From NCBI GenBank assembly GCA_040905425.1, contig JBBDRO010000003.1, positions 1 to 21,349 on the forward strand: a DNA stretch of 21,349 bases. Reading direction: 5' to 3'. Below are positions 7,530 through 16,158 of the stretch, in pieces; the first letter of the stretch is position 1, and each line of letters begins with the position of its first letter. Position numbers and translations under genes: made by a program. The DNA is from Gemmatimonadota bacterium. Its GTDB lineage: Bacteria > Gemmatimonadota > Gemmatimonadetes > Longimicrobiales > RSA9. The notes beneath the pieces are model-generated. The model had not been told where the DNA came from. It made no database searches and saw only the letters and a list, made by a program, of their open reading frames with translations.

Positions 7530-8455
7530 GTCTGCTCGAGCCCCTCGCGGAGGGGGCGCGTGGGCTTCCAGCCCAGCCGTTCGTGGATGAGGCGATTGTC
7601 GGATGTGCGGCCGCGCACGCCGAGCGGGCCCGGAACGTGACGCACGGACAGCGGCTTACCCGCTAAGTCCATGACCATGTCGGCCAGCTGGTTGATGCTC
7701 ACCATCTCGTCGGAGCCGATGTTCACCGGGCCGGTCCAGGCGGAGCGCATGAGGCGGAGCGTGCCGTCGATGCACTCGTCGATGTAGAGGAATGAGCGGG
7801 TCTGTTTGCCGTCTCCCCACATCTCGATCTCGCCGCCGTCCGCGGCCGCCGCCACCTTGCGGCAGATGGCCGCGGGCGCCTTCTCGCGGCCGCCGTCCCA
7901 TGTGCCTTCGGGGCCGAAGATGTTGTGGTAGCGGGCTATGCGGACGTCCATGCCGTGATTGCGCCCGAAGGCCAGGTAGAGGCGCTCGCTGAAGAGCTTC
8001 TCCCAGCCGTACTCCGAGTCGGGATCGGCCGGGTAGGCGGAGTCCTCGGTGCACACCGGGTTCTCGGGGTCCAGCTGATTGTGCTGCGGGTACATGCACG
8101 CCGAGGACGAATAGAAGACGCGGCGCAGGTTCCGGCGGTGGCAGGCCTCCAGCATGTTCAGGTTGATGAGCGCGGAATTGTGCATGATGTCCGCGTCATT
8201 CTCACCGGTGAAGATGAAGCCGGCGCCCCCCATGTCGGCGGCGAACTGGTAGACCTCATCGAAGGGCCGGTCGGCCGCGCTCCGGCACAGCACCGGGTCG
8301 CGCAGGTCCCCGATGATGAAGTCATCCGCCACGGTGCGCGCGAACTCGGGATACTTCAGGTCCACGCCGCGCACCCAGAAGCCTTCCCCCTTGAGGCGCT
8401 TCACCATGTGGCTGCCGATGAAGCCGCCCGCTCCACATACCAGTGCACTCTTCAC
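7433..8455 (-). CDS. NAD-dependent nucleotide-sugar epimerase, GDP-D-mannose 3',5'-epimerase (GME)-like
   Basis: GAGGFIG; AADMGGAGFI; YSSSACMYP; YGWEK (YxxxK); RYHNIFGPEGTWDGGREKAPAAICRK; WGDGKQTRSF; GVRGRTSDN, all GME-subfamily signatures; GTG start overlaps upstream TGA. Confidence 0.9.
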   Translation of the reverse strand: MKSALVCGAGGFIGSHMVKRLKGEGFWVRGVDLKYPEFARTVADDFIIGDLRDPVLCRSAADRPFDEVYQFAADMGGAGFIFTGENDADIMHNSALINLNMLEACHRRNLRRVFYSSSACMYPQHNQLDPENPVCTEDSAYPADPDSEYGWEKLFSERLYLAFGRNHGMDVRIARYHNIFGPEGTWDGGREKAPAAICRKVAAAADGGEIEMWGDGKQTRSFLYIDECIDGTLRLMRSAWTGPVNIGSDEMVSINQLADMVMDLAGKPLSVRHVPGPLGVRGRTSDNRLIHERLGWKPTRPLREGLEQTYEWIVERMGERARPAAASAGPAAKEAPAAAR

Positions 8456-9729
8456 GACTCGTTCTCCCGTGGAAGTGAGGTGCCGCTCGGCACCGAGGAG
8501 GCCAGCGGCCCCCCTTGCTCGGCGAACAGCTCGGTCCAGCGCCTGCGCACCACGTGGAAGGCAAAGAACTCCTCGAAGGCCCGGCGCCCGGCCGTGCCCA
8601 GCTCCCGCGCCCGCGCCGGATCGGTGCGCAGCGCCTCGATGGCCGCCACCACGTCGGCGCCCGCCGCGGCCTGGCAGGAATCAATCAGTATGCCACAGCC
8701 GCTCCGTGCAATATAGTGCCCCGGCTCCGAATCGCGCGGCCCGGTGAAGAGGATGGGACGCGCGGCGGCCATGATGCCGAAGACCTTGCCCGGCGCCACC
8801 AGCCCGCCCTGATCGGGGCCGAGCGTGACCAGGTGCACGTCCCCCAGCGCCAGCGAATCGCTCAGTTCCGTGCGCTGCACGTAGTCCCGGTAGGCAAAGT
8901 TGCGGATGCCGCGCCGCCGCACCTCCGCCTCGATCTCCGGGCGGCGCGGGCCGCCGCCCACGAACAGGAAGAAGATGTCATCACGCTCGCGGAGCCGCTC
9001 CATGGCGTCCAGCACGGGCGCGAAGCAGTGCGCCATGCCGGCGTTGCCCGAGTACATGACCACGAACCGGTCGCGGAGTCCCCAGGCGTCCAGCAGGCGG
9101 CTGCTCTCCTTCTCCATGGGCGCGATCTCGTCGGTGCGCGACCACACGGGAATCTCCACGATGCGGCGCGCCTCCACTCCCTTGGCGCGGAGCTGGCGCG
9201 TCATGGCGGGGCCCAGGGAGACCACCACCGCCGCATGCCGGAAGGCCCGGTCATGCACGCGCTTCAGCAGCCGGTAGGTCAGCGACCGGTGGGAGATGAC
9301 GCCCGCCGCGGCCTCCACCTCCGGGTGCAGGTCCATGGACCAGATGACGAAGGGGCGCCGCCGGACACCGGCCACGATGGCCACCACCAGCGCCAGCAGC
9401 GGCGGCGTGGAGAGCGCCACATACACGTCCGGCCGCGCGCGGAAGAGGCCGTGCAGCAGCGCCTTGCCCAGGTAGAGGAGATAGTCCGCCATGCGCTCGG
9501 CAAAGCGCGCGCGGCCCCGGCTGGGCAGGGAGAGGCGTGTCACCCGCACGCCGTCCAGGACCTCCCCCGCGGTGGTGCCCACCCGCCCGCCGGCATCATA
9601 GCGGGCCATGGACGTCAGCACGTGCACCTCGTGGCCTGCCGTGACCAGGTACTCGGCCAGGTCGGTGAGGTGCTGCGCCGTGGACGCCACGTCCGGGCGG
9701 TAGTGCATGTTGAGGAACGTGATGCGCAT
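8452..9729 (-). CDS. GT4 glycosyltransferase, WcaI/WbuB-like
   Basis: MRITFLNMHYRPD-x3-TAQ-x2-DLAE-x-L; STPP; DLHPE; VMYSGNAG; PGKVFGIMAAARPIL; ATG 9729 preferred over GTG 9759, which lies inside the predicted -10. Confidence 0.9.
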   Translation of the reverse strand: MRITFLNMHYRPDVASTAQHLTDLAEYLVTAGHEVHVLTSMARYDAGGRVGTTAGEVLDGVRVTRLSLPSRGRARFAERMADYLLYLGKALLHGLFRARPDVYVALSTPPLLALVVAIVAGVRRRPFVIWSMDLHPEVEAAAGVISHRSLTYRLLKRVHDRAFRHAAVVVSLGPAMTRQLRAKGVEARRIVEIPVWSRTDEIAPMEKESSRLLDAWGLRDRFVVMYSGNAGMAHCFAPVLDAMERLRERDDIFFLFVGGGPRRPEIEAEVRRRGIRNFAYRDYVQRTELSDSLALGDVHLVTLGPDQGGLVAPGKVFGIMAAARPILFTGPRDSEPGHYIARSGCGILIDSCQAAAGADVVAAIEALRTDPARARELGTAGRRAFEEFFAFHVVRRRWTELFAEQGGPLASSVPSGTSLPRENES

Positions 9730-9757
9730 TCCTGGCCTGTCGGCGGTGGGGCCAGCC

Positions 9758-9787
9758 ACGATACGCCGGCGGGGAGGCGCCGGTCAA
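9758..9787 (-). promoter_or_regulatory. Putative sigma70 promoter for the GT4/epimerase operon
   Basis: Minus strand TTGACC (9787-9782) - 18 nt - TATCGT (9763-9758). Confidence 0.5.
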
Positions 9788-9793
9788 GGCGGC

Positions 9794-9811
9794 GGAGCGG
9801 CCGTCCGCTCC
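9794..9811. repeat. Perfect 7-bp inverted repeat between divergent promoters
   Basis: GGAGCGG-CCGT-CCGCTCC, extended imperfectly by flanking CAAG/CTTG. Confidence 0.55.
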
Positions 9812-9812
9812 C

Positions 9813-9841
9813 TTGCACCCGGCGGCCCACCGACGGATCTT
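9813..9841 (+). promoter_or_regulatory. Weak putative sigma70 promoter for the hypothetical-kdkA-GT9 operon
   Basis: TTGCAC (9813-9818) - 17 nt - GATCTT (9836-9841); the -10 lacks the first T. Confidence 0.3.
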
Positions 9842-9875
9842 GCCACCCTCCCGCGACCCCAGGCAGAGAGGCAGC

Positions 9876-10286
9876 ATGATTCTCAGGCGCTACGGCACGG
9901 CGTATCATAGCGTCGAGCCCGATTTCAACTCAAAGGCCATGAACGAGGTCGGCTTTCGCCGGGACGGCACGCTGTCCATTCCGGTGGAGGAGTTCGAGGA
10001 GGGCTTCGAGCGCCGGGACGGCGGCGAGATCACGGGCAAGTCGGAAGGGGACGTGCAGATCGAGGCGGAGGAGCGCCTGCTCGAGCAGCTCCTGGCCGAC
10101 CTGCGCGCCCTGGAGGAGCAGGTGCCCGAGGGCGGCTACCTGGTGGTGGAGAGTGAGACGGGCAAGGACTGGCCGCGTCTGCGCTCCACGCAACGCACGA
10201 CGGTGGTGGGCCACGAGAATCGGCTGCACTTCACGTGGGGCGTGGAGCCGCCGCTGCGGGCGGCGGTCTACGCGCCGCGGAGCTGA
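9876..10286 (+). CDS. Acidic cytoplasmic hypothetical protein (136 aa)
   Basis: GAGAGG SD before ATG 9876; strongly GC3-biased codons and globular composition; no motif recognised. Confidence 0.8.
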   Translation: MILRRYGTAYHSVEPDFNSKAMNEVGFRRDGTLSIPVEEFEEGFERRDGGEITGKSEGDVQIEAEERLLEQLLADLRALEEQVPEGGYLVVESETGKDWPRLRSTQRTTVVGHENRLHFTWGVEPPLRAAVYAPRS

Positions 10287-10304
10287 GCGGCGGCGGGGCG
10301 GGAC

Positions 10305-11063
10305 GTGGACCCCGTGCCCCCCGGCTACGCGGCGGCGGCTGCAGGGGGCGCGCGTGTCGTGGCGCGGGCGGAGGCCCTGGAGACCGTCGTGGAGGCCGTG
10401 CGCGCCGCCGGCTCGCTGTACGCGTACGCCGCGGCCCACCCCGAGGCCGCAGCGCTGCGCGGCCGGGGCACAGCCTACCGCTGCCCCGCGCCCGGCGGCG
10501 CGTGGGTGGTCCGGCACTATCGCCGGGGCGGCGCCGCGGCCGGCCTGCTGGGTGATCGCTACCTGCGCGCCGGCACGCCGCGGCCCATCCGGGAGCTGCA
10601 CGCCAGCCATGCGGCCCGGCGGCGGGGCGTCCCCACGCCGGCCGTGCAGGCCGTGGTGGTCCAACCCGCCGGGCTCTTCTACCGCGCGGACATCGCCACG
10701 CTGGCGGTACCGGAGGCGCGGGACCTGGCCGACGCCACCTTCGGCGCCGCGCCGCTCGCGGCCGACGAGCTGTGCGCCGCCTGGCGCGCCGCGGGCAGCC
10801 TCCTCCGCCACACCTTCCTGGCCGGCCTCCACCACCCCGACCTGAATCTCATGAACGTGCTGGTGGAGGGCGGCCGGGCGGCGCCGCGGGCGTGGCTGAT
10901 CGACCTGGACCGCGCCCGGGTGCTGGAGGAGGCGTTGCCGCAGCGTCAACGTGAGCGGGTGGTGGCGCGCTTCCATCGCTCCAGGCGCAAGCTGGCCGCC
11001 GCGGCCGGGCGCGCCGTGCCCGCGTCGGCGCGGGCCGCCTTCGAGGAGGCGCTGCATGCCTGA
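10305..11063 (+). CDS. kdkA: 3-deoxy-D-manno-octulosonic acid (Kdo) kinase-like, Kdo/WaaP LPS kinase family
   Basis: VVRHYRRGG...L.DRY, YRADI, HPDLN-x2-NVL catalytic loop, WLIDLDR, RF-x-RS-x2-K; start codon approximate. Confidence 0.8.
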   Translation: MDPVPPGYAAAAAGGARVVARAEALETVVEAVRAAGSLYAYAAAHPEAAALRGRGTAYRCPAPGGAWVVRHYRRGGAAAGLLGDRYLRAGTPRPIRELHASHAARRRGVPTPAVQAVVVQPAGLFYRADIATLAVPEARDLADATFGAAPLAADELCAAWRAAGSLLRHTFLAGLHHPDLNLMNVLVEGGRAAPRAWLIDLDRARVLEEALPQRQRERVVARFHRSRRKLAAAAGRAVPASARAAFEEALHA

Positions 11064-12135
11064 GGGTGTGGTGAACCAGGAGCCGCTCCGGCTGCCGCCG
11101 CCGCGCTCGGTGGTCATCGTGATGCTCTCCGCCCTGGGGGACGCCGTGCACGTCCTGCCGGTGGCCAACGCCCTCAAGCGGCACTGGCCCGAGACCCGCC
11201 TCACCTGGATCATCCAGCCGGTCCCGCACGCGCTGGTGCGCGGCCACGCAGCGGTGGACGAGTTCGTGGTCTTCCAGCGGCGCCGCGGTGTGGCGGCGTG
11301 GCGGTCCTACGCCGAGCTCAGTCGCACGCTCACGGGCCGCCGCTTCGACCTGGCCGTGAATCTCCAGGTGTACTTCAAGGCCGGGCTCATCACCGGGCTG
11401 GTCAGGGCGGACGTGAAGCTGGGCTTCGATCGGGCGCGGGCGCGGGACCTCAACTGGCTCTTCACCACCCACCGCATCCCGCCGCACCCCCCGCACCACG
11501 TCCAGGACCAGTACCTGGAGTTCGTCCGGCACCTGGGCATCGATCCGGAGCCCGTGGCGTGGCGCTTCCGCTTTACGGAAGAGGAGCGCGCCGCCCAGCA
11601 CGCGTTCTTCGAGCGTCTGGATCGACCGGCCTGCGCGGTGGTGGTGGGTACGAGCAAGGGGGCCAAGAACTGGGCTCCCGAGCGCTATGCGCGGTTGCTG
11701 GAGACCATCGAGGCGGAGCACGGCCTGCGGCCGGTCCTGGTGGGTGGGCCCGCCCCCGCCGAGCGTGCCGCGGCCGCGGCGGTGAGCGCCGCCACGCGGG
11801 CCAGGGTGGTGGACGCGCTGGGGGACGACGTGCGGCGCCTGGCCTGGCTGCTGGATGGCGCCGCACTGGTGGTGAGCCCCGACACCGGCCCGCTCCATCT
11901 GGCGCGCGCCCTGGGCACGCCCGTGGTGGGCCTCTACGGCTACACCAATCCCCGGCGTTACGGACCCTACCGGGCGTTCGGGGAGCTGGTCGTGGACGGC
12001 TACGCCACCCACCAGGGTGAGGACTACCCGTCCGCGCCCGTCTATCGCCCCGACGGCATGGGGCGCGTCACCGTGGCCATGGCGGCGGAGAAGGTGGCGT
12101 TGGCCGTGGAGCGCTACCTACGCGGAGCGGGCTGA
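11056..12135 (+). CDS. GT9 ADP-heptose:LPS heptosyltransferase (WaaC/OpsX-like)
   Basis: GAGGAGG SD; MLSALGDAVH; KNWAPERYA; SPDTGPLHLA-x-ALGTPVVGLYG-x-TNP-x-R-x-GPY. Confidence 0.9.
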   Translation: MPEGVVNQEPLRLPPPRSVVIVMLSALGDAVHVLPVANALKRHWPETRLTWIIQPVPHALVRGHAAVDEFVVFQRRRGVAAWRSYAELSRTLTGRRFDLAVNLQVYFKAGLITGLVRADVKLGFDRARARDLNWLFTTHRIPPHPPHHVQDQYLEFVRHLGIDPEPVAWRFRFTEEERAAQHAFFERLDRPACAVVVGTSKGAKNWAPERYARLLETIEAEHGLRPVLVGGPAPAERAAAAAVSAATRARVVDALGDDVRRLAWLLDGAALVVSPDTGPLHLARALGTPVVGLYGYTNPRRYGPYRAFGELVVDGYATHQGEDYPSAPVYRPDGMGRVTVAMAAEKVALAVERYLRGAG

Positions 12136-12146
12136 CCCCGCGGGCG

Positions 12147-12545
12147 TCACTCCACGAACACGCTCGAGTCGAGCACGGTGCGCGGTTCCTGCCCCTGCGG
12201 CGCGTGGATGACCAGCACGCCGTAGTTGCCGCTCGCCAGCCCGCTGATCGTGGCGGTGTAGCTGATGAAGGCGGGCTCGTTGCCACATTCGGGGTCGTTG
12301 GAACCGCTGCTCTGCACGGTCACCTTGAGCGTGTTGCCGGCCTCGAGCGAGCCACTGAGGGAGTGGCAGCTGTTGGGCGCCTCGAAGACACCGGCCACCC
12401 GCGCGATGGCGGACCCGGGCGAGGTGACGCGCGCGCTCTCCACGCTCTCATCCGCACCGCTGGAGGAGCGGAAATCGAAGGGCGGCTCGAAATCCCCGCA
12501 GGCAAGGGGTAGCAGGGCCAGAACGAGCAGGGCGGCGTAGCGCAT
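12147..12545 (-). CDS. Small hypothetical lipoprotein, probably beta-rich with a Cys pair
   Basis: GGAG SD before ATG 12545; MRYAALLVLALLPLAC lipobox; two further Cys (NSCH, PECG); YTATISGL-x2-G-x-Y-x-V-x-V strand pattern. Confidence 0.78.
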   Translation of the reverse strand: MRYAALLVLALLPLACGDFEPPFDFRSSSGADESVESARVTSPGSAIARVAGVFEAPNSCHSLSGSLEAGNTLKVTVQSSGSNDPECGNEPAFISYTATISGLASGNYGVLVIHAPQGQEPRTVLDSSVFVE

Positions 12546-12642
12546 GGGGGCTCCGGCGTGGAGGCTCGACGTTGTATGAAGGCTGGTCAATGAATCGCGC
12601 ATAGGGGTGCGGTGCGCAACCATCGGTGGTTAGTTTGCAGCC

Positions 12643-14199
12643 ATGCCGACCGCACCCCGCCGGATTCTCTGGATCGACGACGAGGTGGAGCTCTTCGAGC
12701 CCCATCTCCTCTTTTTGCGCCAGCGCGGTTACGAGGTGGACGTCACCACCAACGGTGATGACGCCCTGGAGCTGGCGCGGCGCAGCAAGTATGACCTGGT
12801 GCTGCTGGACGAGCAGATGCCGGGCAAGCGCGGCCTGGACGTGCTGGTGGAGCTGCGCCGCGTGGAGCCGGACGCGCGGGTGGTGATGGTCACCAAGTCC
12901 GAGGAGGACCGCACCATGGTGGAAGCCATCGGGCGGCGCGTGGACGAGTATCTGGTGAAGCCCGCCAGCCCCCGGCAGGTCCTCTCGGTGGTGACGCGGC
13001 TGCTGGAGGGCGCCCAGCTCCAGCAGCAGCGCGCCGCGCAGGACTTCGCGGCCCGCTTCGGCGAACTCACCCGCCAGGTGGAGGACGCGGCCGATTGGCA
13101 GGGCTTCTTTGCCGCCTACGAGGAGCTGGTGCGCTGGGAGTTGCGGCTGCAGGACGCCGGCGAGGGCGGGCTGGCCGACTCGGTCCAGGCGCAGCTCGTG
13201 GACCTGCGCCGCAACTTCGGGCGCTACGTGGCCCGCAGCTACGGCAAATGGACGGCCCGGCGGCAGAAGAACCGCCCCACCCTCTCCGTGGACCTCGTGG
13301 GGCGCTACCTGGCGCCCCTGCTGGACGGCGGCGGCCCCGTGCTGTTCATGGTCATCGATTGCATGCGCCTGGATCAGTGGCGGGTCATGCGGCCGCTGCT
13401 GGGCAGCGCCTTCGACGTGGAGGAGGAGCTCTATGCCAGCATCCTGCCCACGGCCACGCCCTTCTCCCGGAACGCCATCTTCAGCGGCAAGTACCCCGAT
13501 GCCATCGCGCGGGAGCGGCCCGAGTGGTGGGCGCAGGAGGAGGGCAGTCTGAACGCCTTCGAGGACGAGCTGCTGCGCGCGCAGCTCCGCTCCCTGGGCC
13601 ACGACCGCAGCGTCCATTACGAGAAGGTCTTCTCCGATGCCGATGCCGACGCGCTGCTGGGCCGGGTGCGCGGCGCCTTCCGGCAGGGATCGGTGGTGGC
13701 GGCGGTCTTCAACTTCGTGGACATGCTGACCCACGGCCGCAGCGAATCGGCCATCCTCATGGAGGTGGCACGCGACGTGGCCGCGCTGCGCGCGCTGACC
13801 CGGCAGTGGTTCGAGCAATCCTCCGCCCTGCGCGTCATCCGCGAGGCCGCCGCCGAGGGGGTGAGCGTGGTGGTCACGAGCGATCACGGCTCCATTCTGT
13901 GCCAGACCCCCACCACCATCTACGCCCGGCGGGACGCCAGCGCCAACCTGCGCTACAAGTACGGGCTGGATCTGCGCGCGGAGGAGCCGGACGCGGTGTA
14001 TTCGGTGCGGGACGAGACGGAGCTGCGCTTTCCGCCGGCGCGCCCGGCCACCAACTACCTGCTGGCGCTGGAGGACCGCTTCTTCGTCTATCCCACCAAG
14101 CTGCGCGAGTATCAGAACCGCTACCGCGGCTCGTTCCTGCACGGGGGCGTGAGCCCGGAGGAGATGATCCTGCCCGTGGCCACCCTGCGGCCCCGTTGA
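12643..14199 (+). CDS. porX: PorX-like response regulator: receiver domain plus PglZ/alkaline-phosphatase-fold domain
   Basis: REC: ILWIDDE, LLDEQMPG, MVTKSEE, YLVKP; PglZ: VIDCMR-x-DQW, SILPTAT-x2-SRNAIFSG, NFVDMLTH-x-R-x-E, TSDHG, NLRYK-x-G, HGGVS-x-EEM. Confidence 0.9.
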   Translation: MPTAPRRILWIDDEVELFEPHLLFLRQRGYEVDVTTNGDDALELARRSKYDLVLLDEQMPGKRGLDVLVELRRVEPDARVVMVTKSEEDRTMVEAIGRRVDEYLVKPASPRQVLSVVTRLLEGAQLQQQRAAQDFAARFGELTRQVEDAADWQGFFAAYEELVRWELRLQDAGEGGLADSVQAQLVDLRRNFGRYVARSYGKWTARRQKNRPTLSVDLVGRYLAPLLDGGGPVLFMVIDCMRLDQWRVMRPLLGSAFDVEEELYASILPTATPFSRNAIFSGKYPDAIARERPEWWAQEEGSLNAFEDELLRAQLRSLGHDRSVHYEKVFSDADADALLGRVRGAFRQGSVVAAVFNFVDMLTHGRSESAILMEVARDVAALRALTRQWFEQSSALRVIREAAAEGVSVVVTSDHGSILCQTPTTIYARRDASANLRYKYGLDLRAEEPDAVYSVRDETELRFPPARPATNYLLALEDRFFVYPTKLREYQNRYRGSFLHGGVSPEEMILPVATLRPR

Positions 14200-14268
14200 A
14201 CGTCATGCGGGTAAGCGACGATGCCCTTCACGGCACCGGCCGGCGTGCGCTCCGCGCCCGCGTCTGAC

Positions 14269-16158
14269 ATGCGTCTCTACCTCCGCATCCTGCGTTATCT
14301 GGGTCCCTACAGGGGGCTGCTCGCGGGCGTCTTCCTGGCATCGCTGGGCTTCGCGGCGCTGGACGCGTTCAGCATTGCGCTGCTGCTGCCGTTCCTCTCC
14401 GGGCTGCTGCAGGAGGGGGCCGTGGATTTCAGCCTCGTGCCGAACGAGTCGTTGAGCGAGCTGCTCGCGAACACGGCGGGGCGGGTGATCCCGCCGGACG
14501 CCGCCCCGCTGGACGTGCTCACCTCCCTGGCGGTGTTCATCCTGGCCGTCTTCATGGTCAAGAACGTCTTCGACTATCTGCAGAAGTACCTGGGCGTGAT
14601 CCTGGAGCAGCGGGTGGCGCGTGACGTCCGCGTGCAGGTCTACGATCACCTGCTGGAGCTGGGGCTTCGCTTCTTTGGTCTGACGCGCGGCGGGCAGATC
14701 ATCTCCCGCATGACCGGGGACATCGAGCTGCTGCGCAACCTGGTGACCAGGAACCTGGCCAAATTCATCACCGCGGTCCTGCAGGTGGTGTTCTTCGTGG
14801 CCATCATGATCGCGTTGTCGGGGCGCCTCACGGTGATTGCACTGGTGGTGATTCCGGGCGTGTTCGCCGTGTGGCGCAAGCTCATCTCACCGCTGCGGCG
14901 CGGCGACCGGAAGATCCTGCACCTGGCAGGCGAGGTCACGTCCCATCTGCAGGAGACGGTGGCGGGGGTGCGCCAGGTGAAGGCGGCCTCCGCCGAGCAC
15001 TTCGAGGCCGGGCGCTTCCGTGAGCTGGCGCAGCGCTACTACAGGACGGTGGTGCGTACGGAGCGGATCCGTGCGCTGGCCAGCCCCCTGAGCGAGACCA
15101 TGTCCGCGGTGGGCGTGGTGCTCCTGCTCTGGTACGGCGGCCGCATCGTGCTCGTGGAGAGCCCGGCGGCGGTGGCGGCCGGCGGTGCGCCGGTCCTGAC
15201 CGCCACCGGCCTGATCATCTTCCTGGCGGCCACCCTGAAGCTCTACGAGCCCACCAAGTGGCTGTCCCGCTTCCCCTCCATGGTGCAGCCGGGGCTCACG
15301 GGCGCGGCACGCGTCTTCGAGTTCCTGGATACGCGCATCGACGTGCCGGACCGCAGCGGCGCGGTGGATTTCCCGGGGCTCGAGCGCGGCGTCCGCTTCG
15401 AGGGCGTGAGCTTTGCCTACGATCCCGCCGAGGCCGTGCTGCGGGACGTGGACCTGGCGGTTGCCCCGGGAGAGGTAGTGGCGCTGGTGGGCGCGAGCGG
15501 CGCGGGCAAGACCACGCTGGTGGATCTGGTGGCCCGCTTCTACGATCCCACAGCGGGACGCATCACGGTGGACGGGGTGGACCTGCGGGACATCCGCGGG
15601 CGCTCGCTCCGGGACAACCTGGGCATCGTCACGCAGGAGACGGTCATCTTCCACGACACGGTGCGCGCCAACATTGCCTACGCGCGTCCCGAGGCCAGCC
15701 CGGAAGCGGTGGAGCGCGCCGCGCGCATGGCCAACGCGCACGACTTCATCGAGCAGCTTCCCGAGGGCTACGACACGGTGCTCGGCGAGCGCGGCACCCG
15801 GCTCTCGGGCGGGCAGCGGCAGCGCATTGCCATTGCCCGGGCCATCCTGCGCGATCCCCCCATCCTCATCTTCGACGAGGCCACCTCCTCCCTGGACACG
15901 GAGTCGGAGCGCCTGGTGCAGGAAGCCATCGAGCACCTGCTGCAAGGACGGACGGTGTTCGTCATTGCCCACCGCCTGTCCACGGTGCGGCACGCGGACC
16001 AGATCCTGGTCCTGGACGCCGGCCGCATCGTCCAGCGCGGCACGCACGACCAGCTCCTGGCCGCGGGCGGCCGCTACCGGCACCTCTACCGCCTGCAGTT
16101 CGCCGCGGCGGACGAGGCCGCCGTGACCGCCACCGCACTGGAGGGGGAACTCACATGA
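14269..16158 (+). CDS. MsbA-like ABC exporter (TMD+NBD half transporter), lipid A-core or lipid-linked glycan flippase; alternative start 14221
   Basis: About six TM segments; Walker A GASGAGKTT; Q-loop IVTQE; LSGGQRQR; Walker B ILIFDEATSSLD; IAHRLST; LPS gene context. Confidence 0.9.
   Translation: MRLYLRILRYLGPYRGLLAGVFLASLGFAALDAFSIALLLPFLSGLLQEGAVDFSLVPNESLSELLANTAGRVIPPDAAPLDVLTSLAVFILAVFMVKNVFDYLQKYLGVILEQRVARDVRVQVYDHLLELGLRFFGLTRGGQIISRMTGDIELLRNLVTRNLAKFITAVLQVVFFVAIMIALSGRLTVIALVVIPGVFAVWRKLISPLRRGDRKILHLAGEVTSHLQETVAGVRQVKAASAEHFEAGRFRELAQRYYRTVVRTERIRALASPLSETMSAVGVVLLLWYGGRIVLVESPAAVAAGGAPVLTATGLIIFLAATLKLYEPTKWLSRFPSMVQPGLTGAARVFEFLDTRIDVPDRSGAVDFPGLERGVRFEGVSFAYDPAEAVLRDVDLAVAPGEVVALVGASGAGKTTLVDLVARFYDPTAGRITVDGVDLRDIRGRSLRDNLGIVTQETVIFHDTVRANIAYARPEASPEAVERAARMANAHDFIEQLPEGYDTVLGERGTRLSGGQRQRIAIARAILRDPPILIFDEATSSLDTESERLVQEAIEHLLQGRTVFVIAHRLSTVRHADQILVLDAGRIVQRGTHDQLLAAGGRYRHLYRLQFAAADEAAVTATALEGELT

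Noticed and set aside
12624..12639. GG-N10-GC pattern CGGTGGTTAGTTTGCA upstream of porX as a sigma54 promoter
   Set aside because: Poor -24 element, and the implied start (~12650) falls downstream of the ATG
12643..14199. PglZ domain as evidence of a BREX/Pgl phage defence system
   Set aside because: Architecture is REC+PglZ (PorX type); no brxC, pglX, brxL or brxA/B in the window, and the nearby methyltransferase is not a DNA methylase
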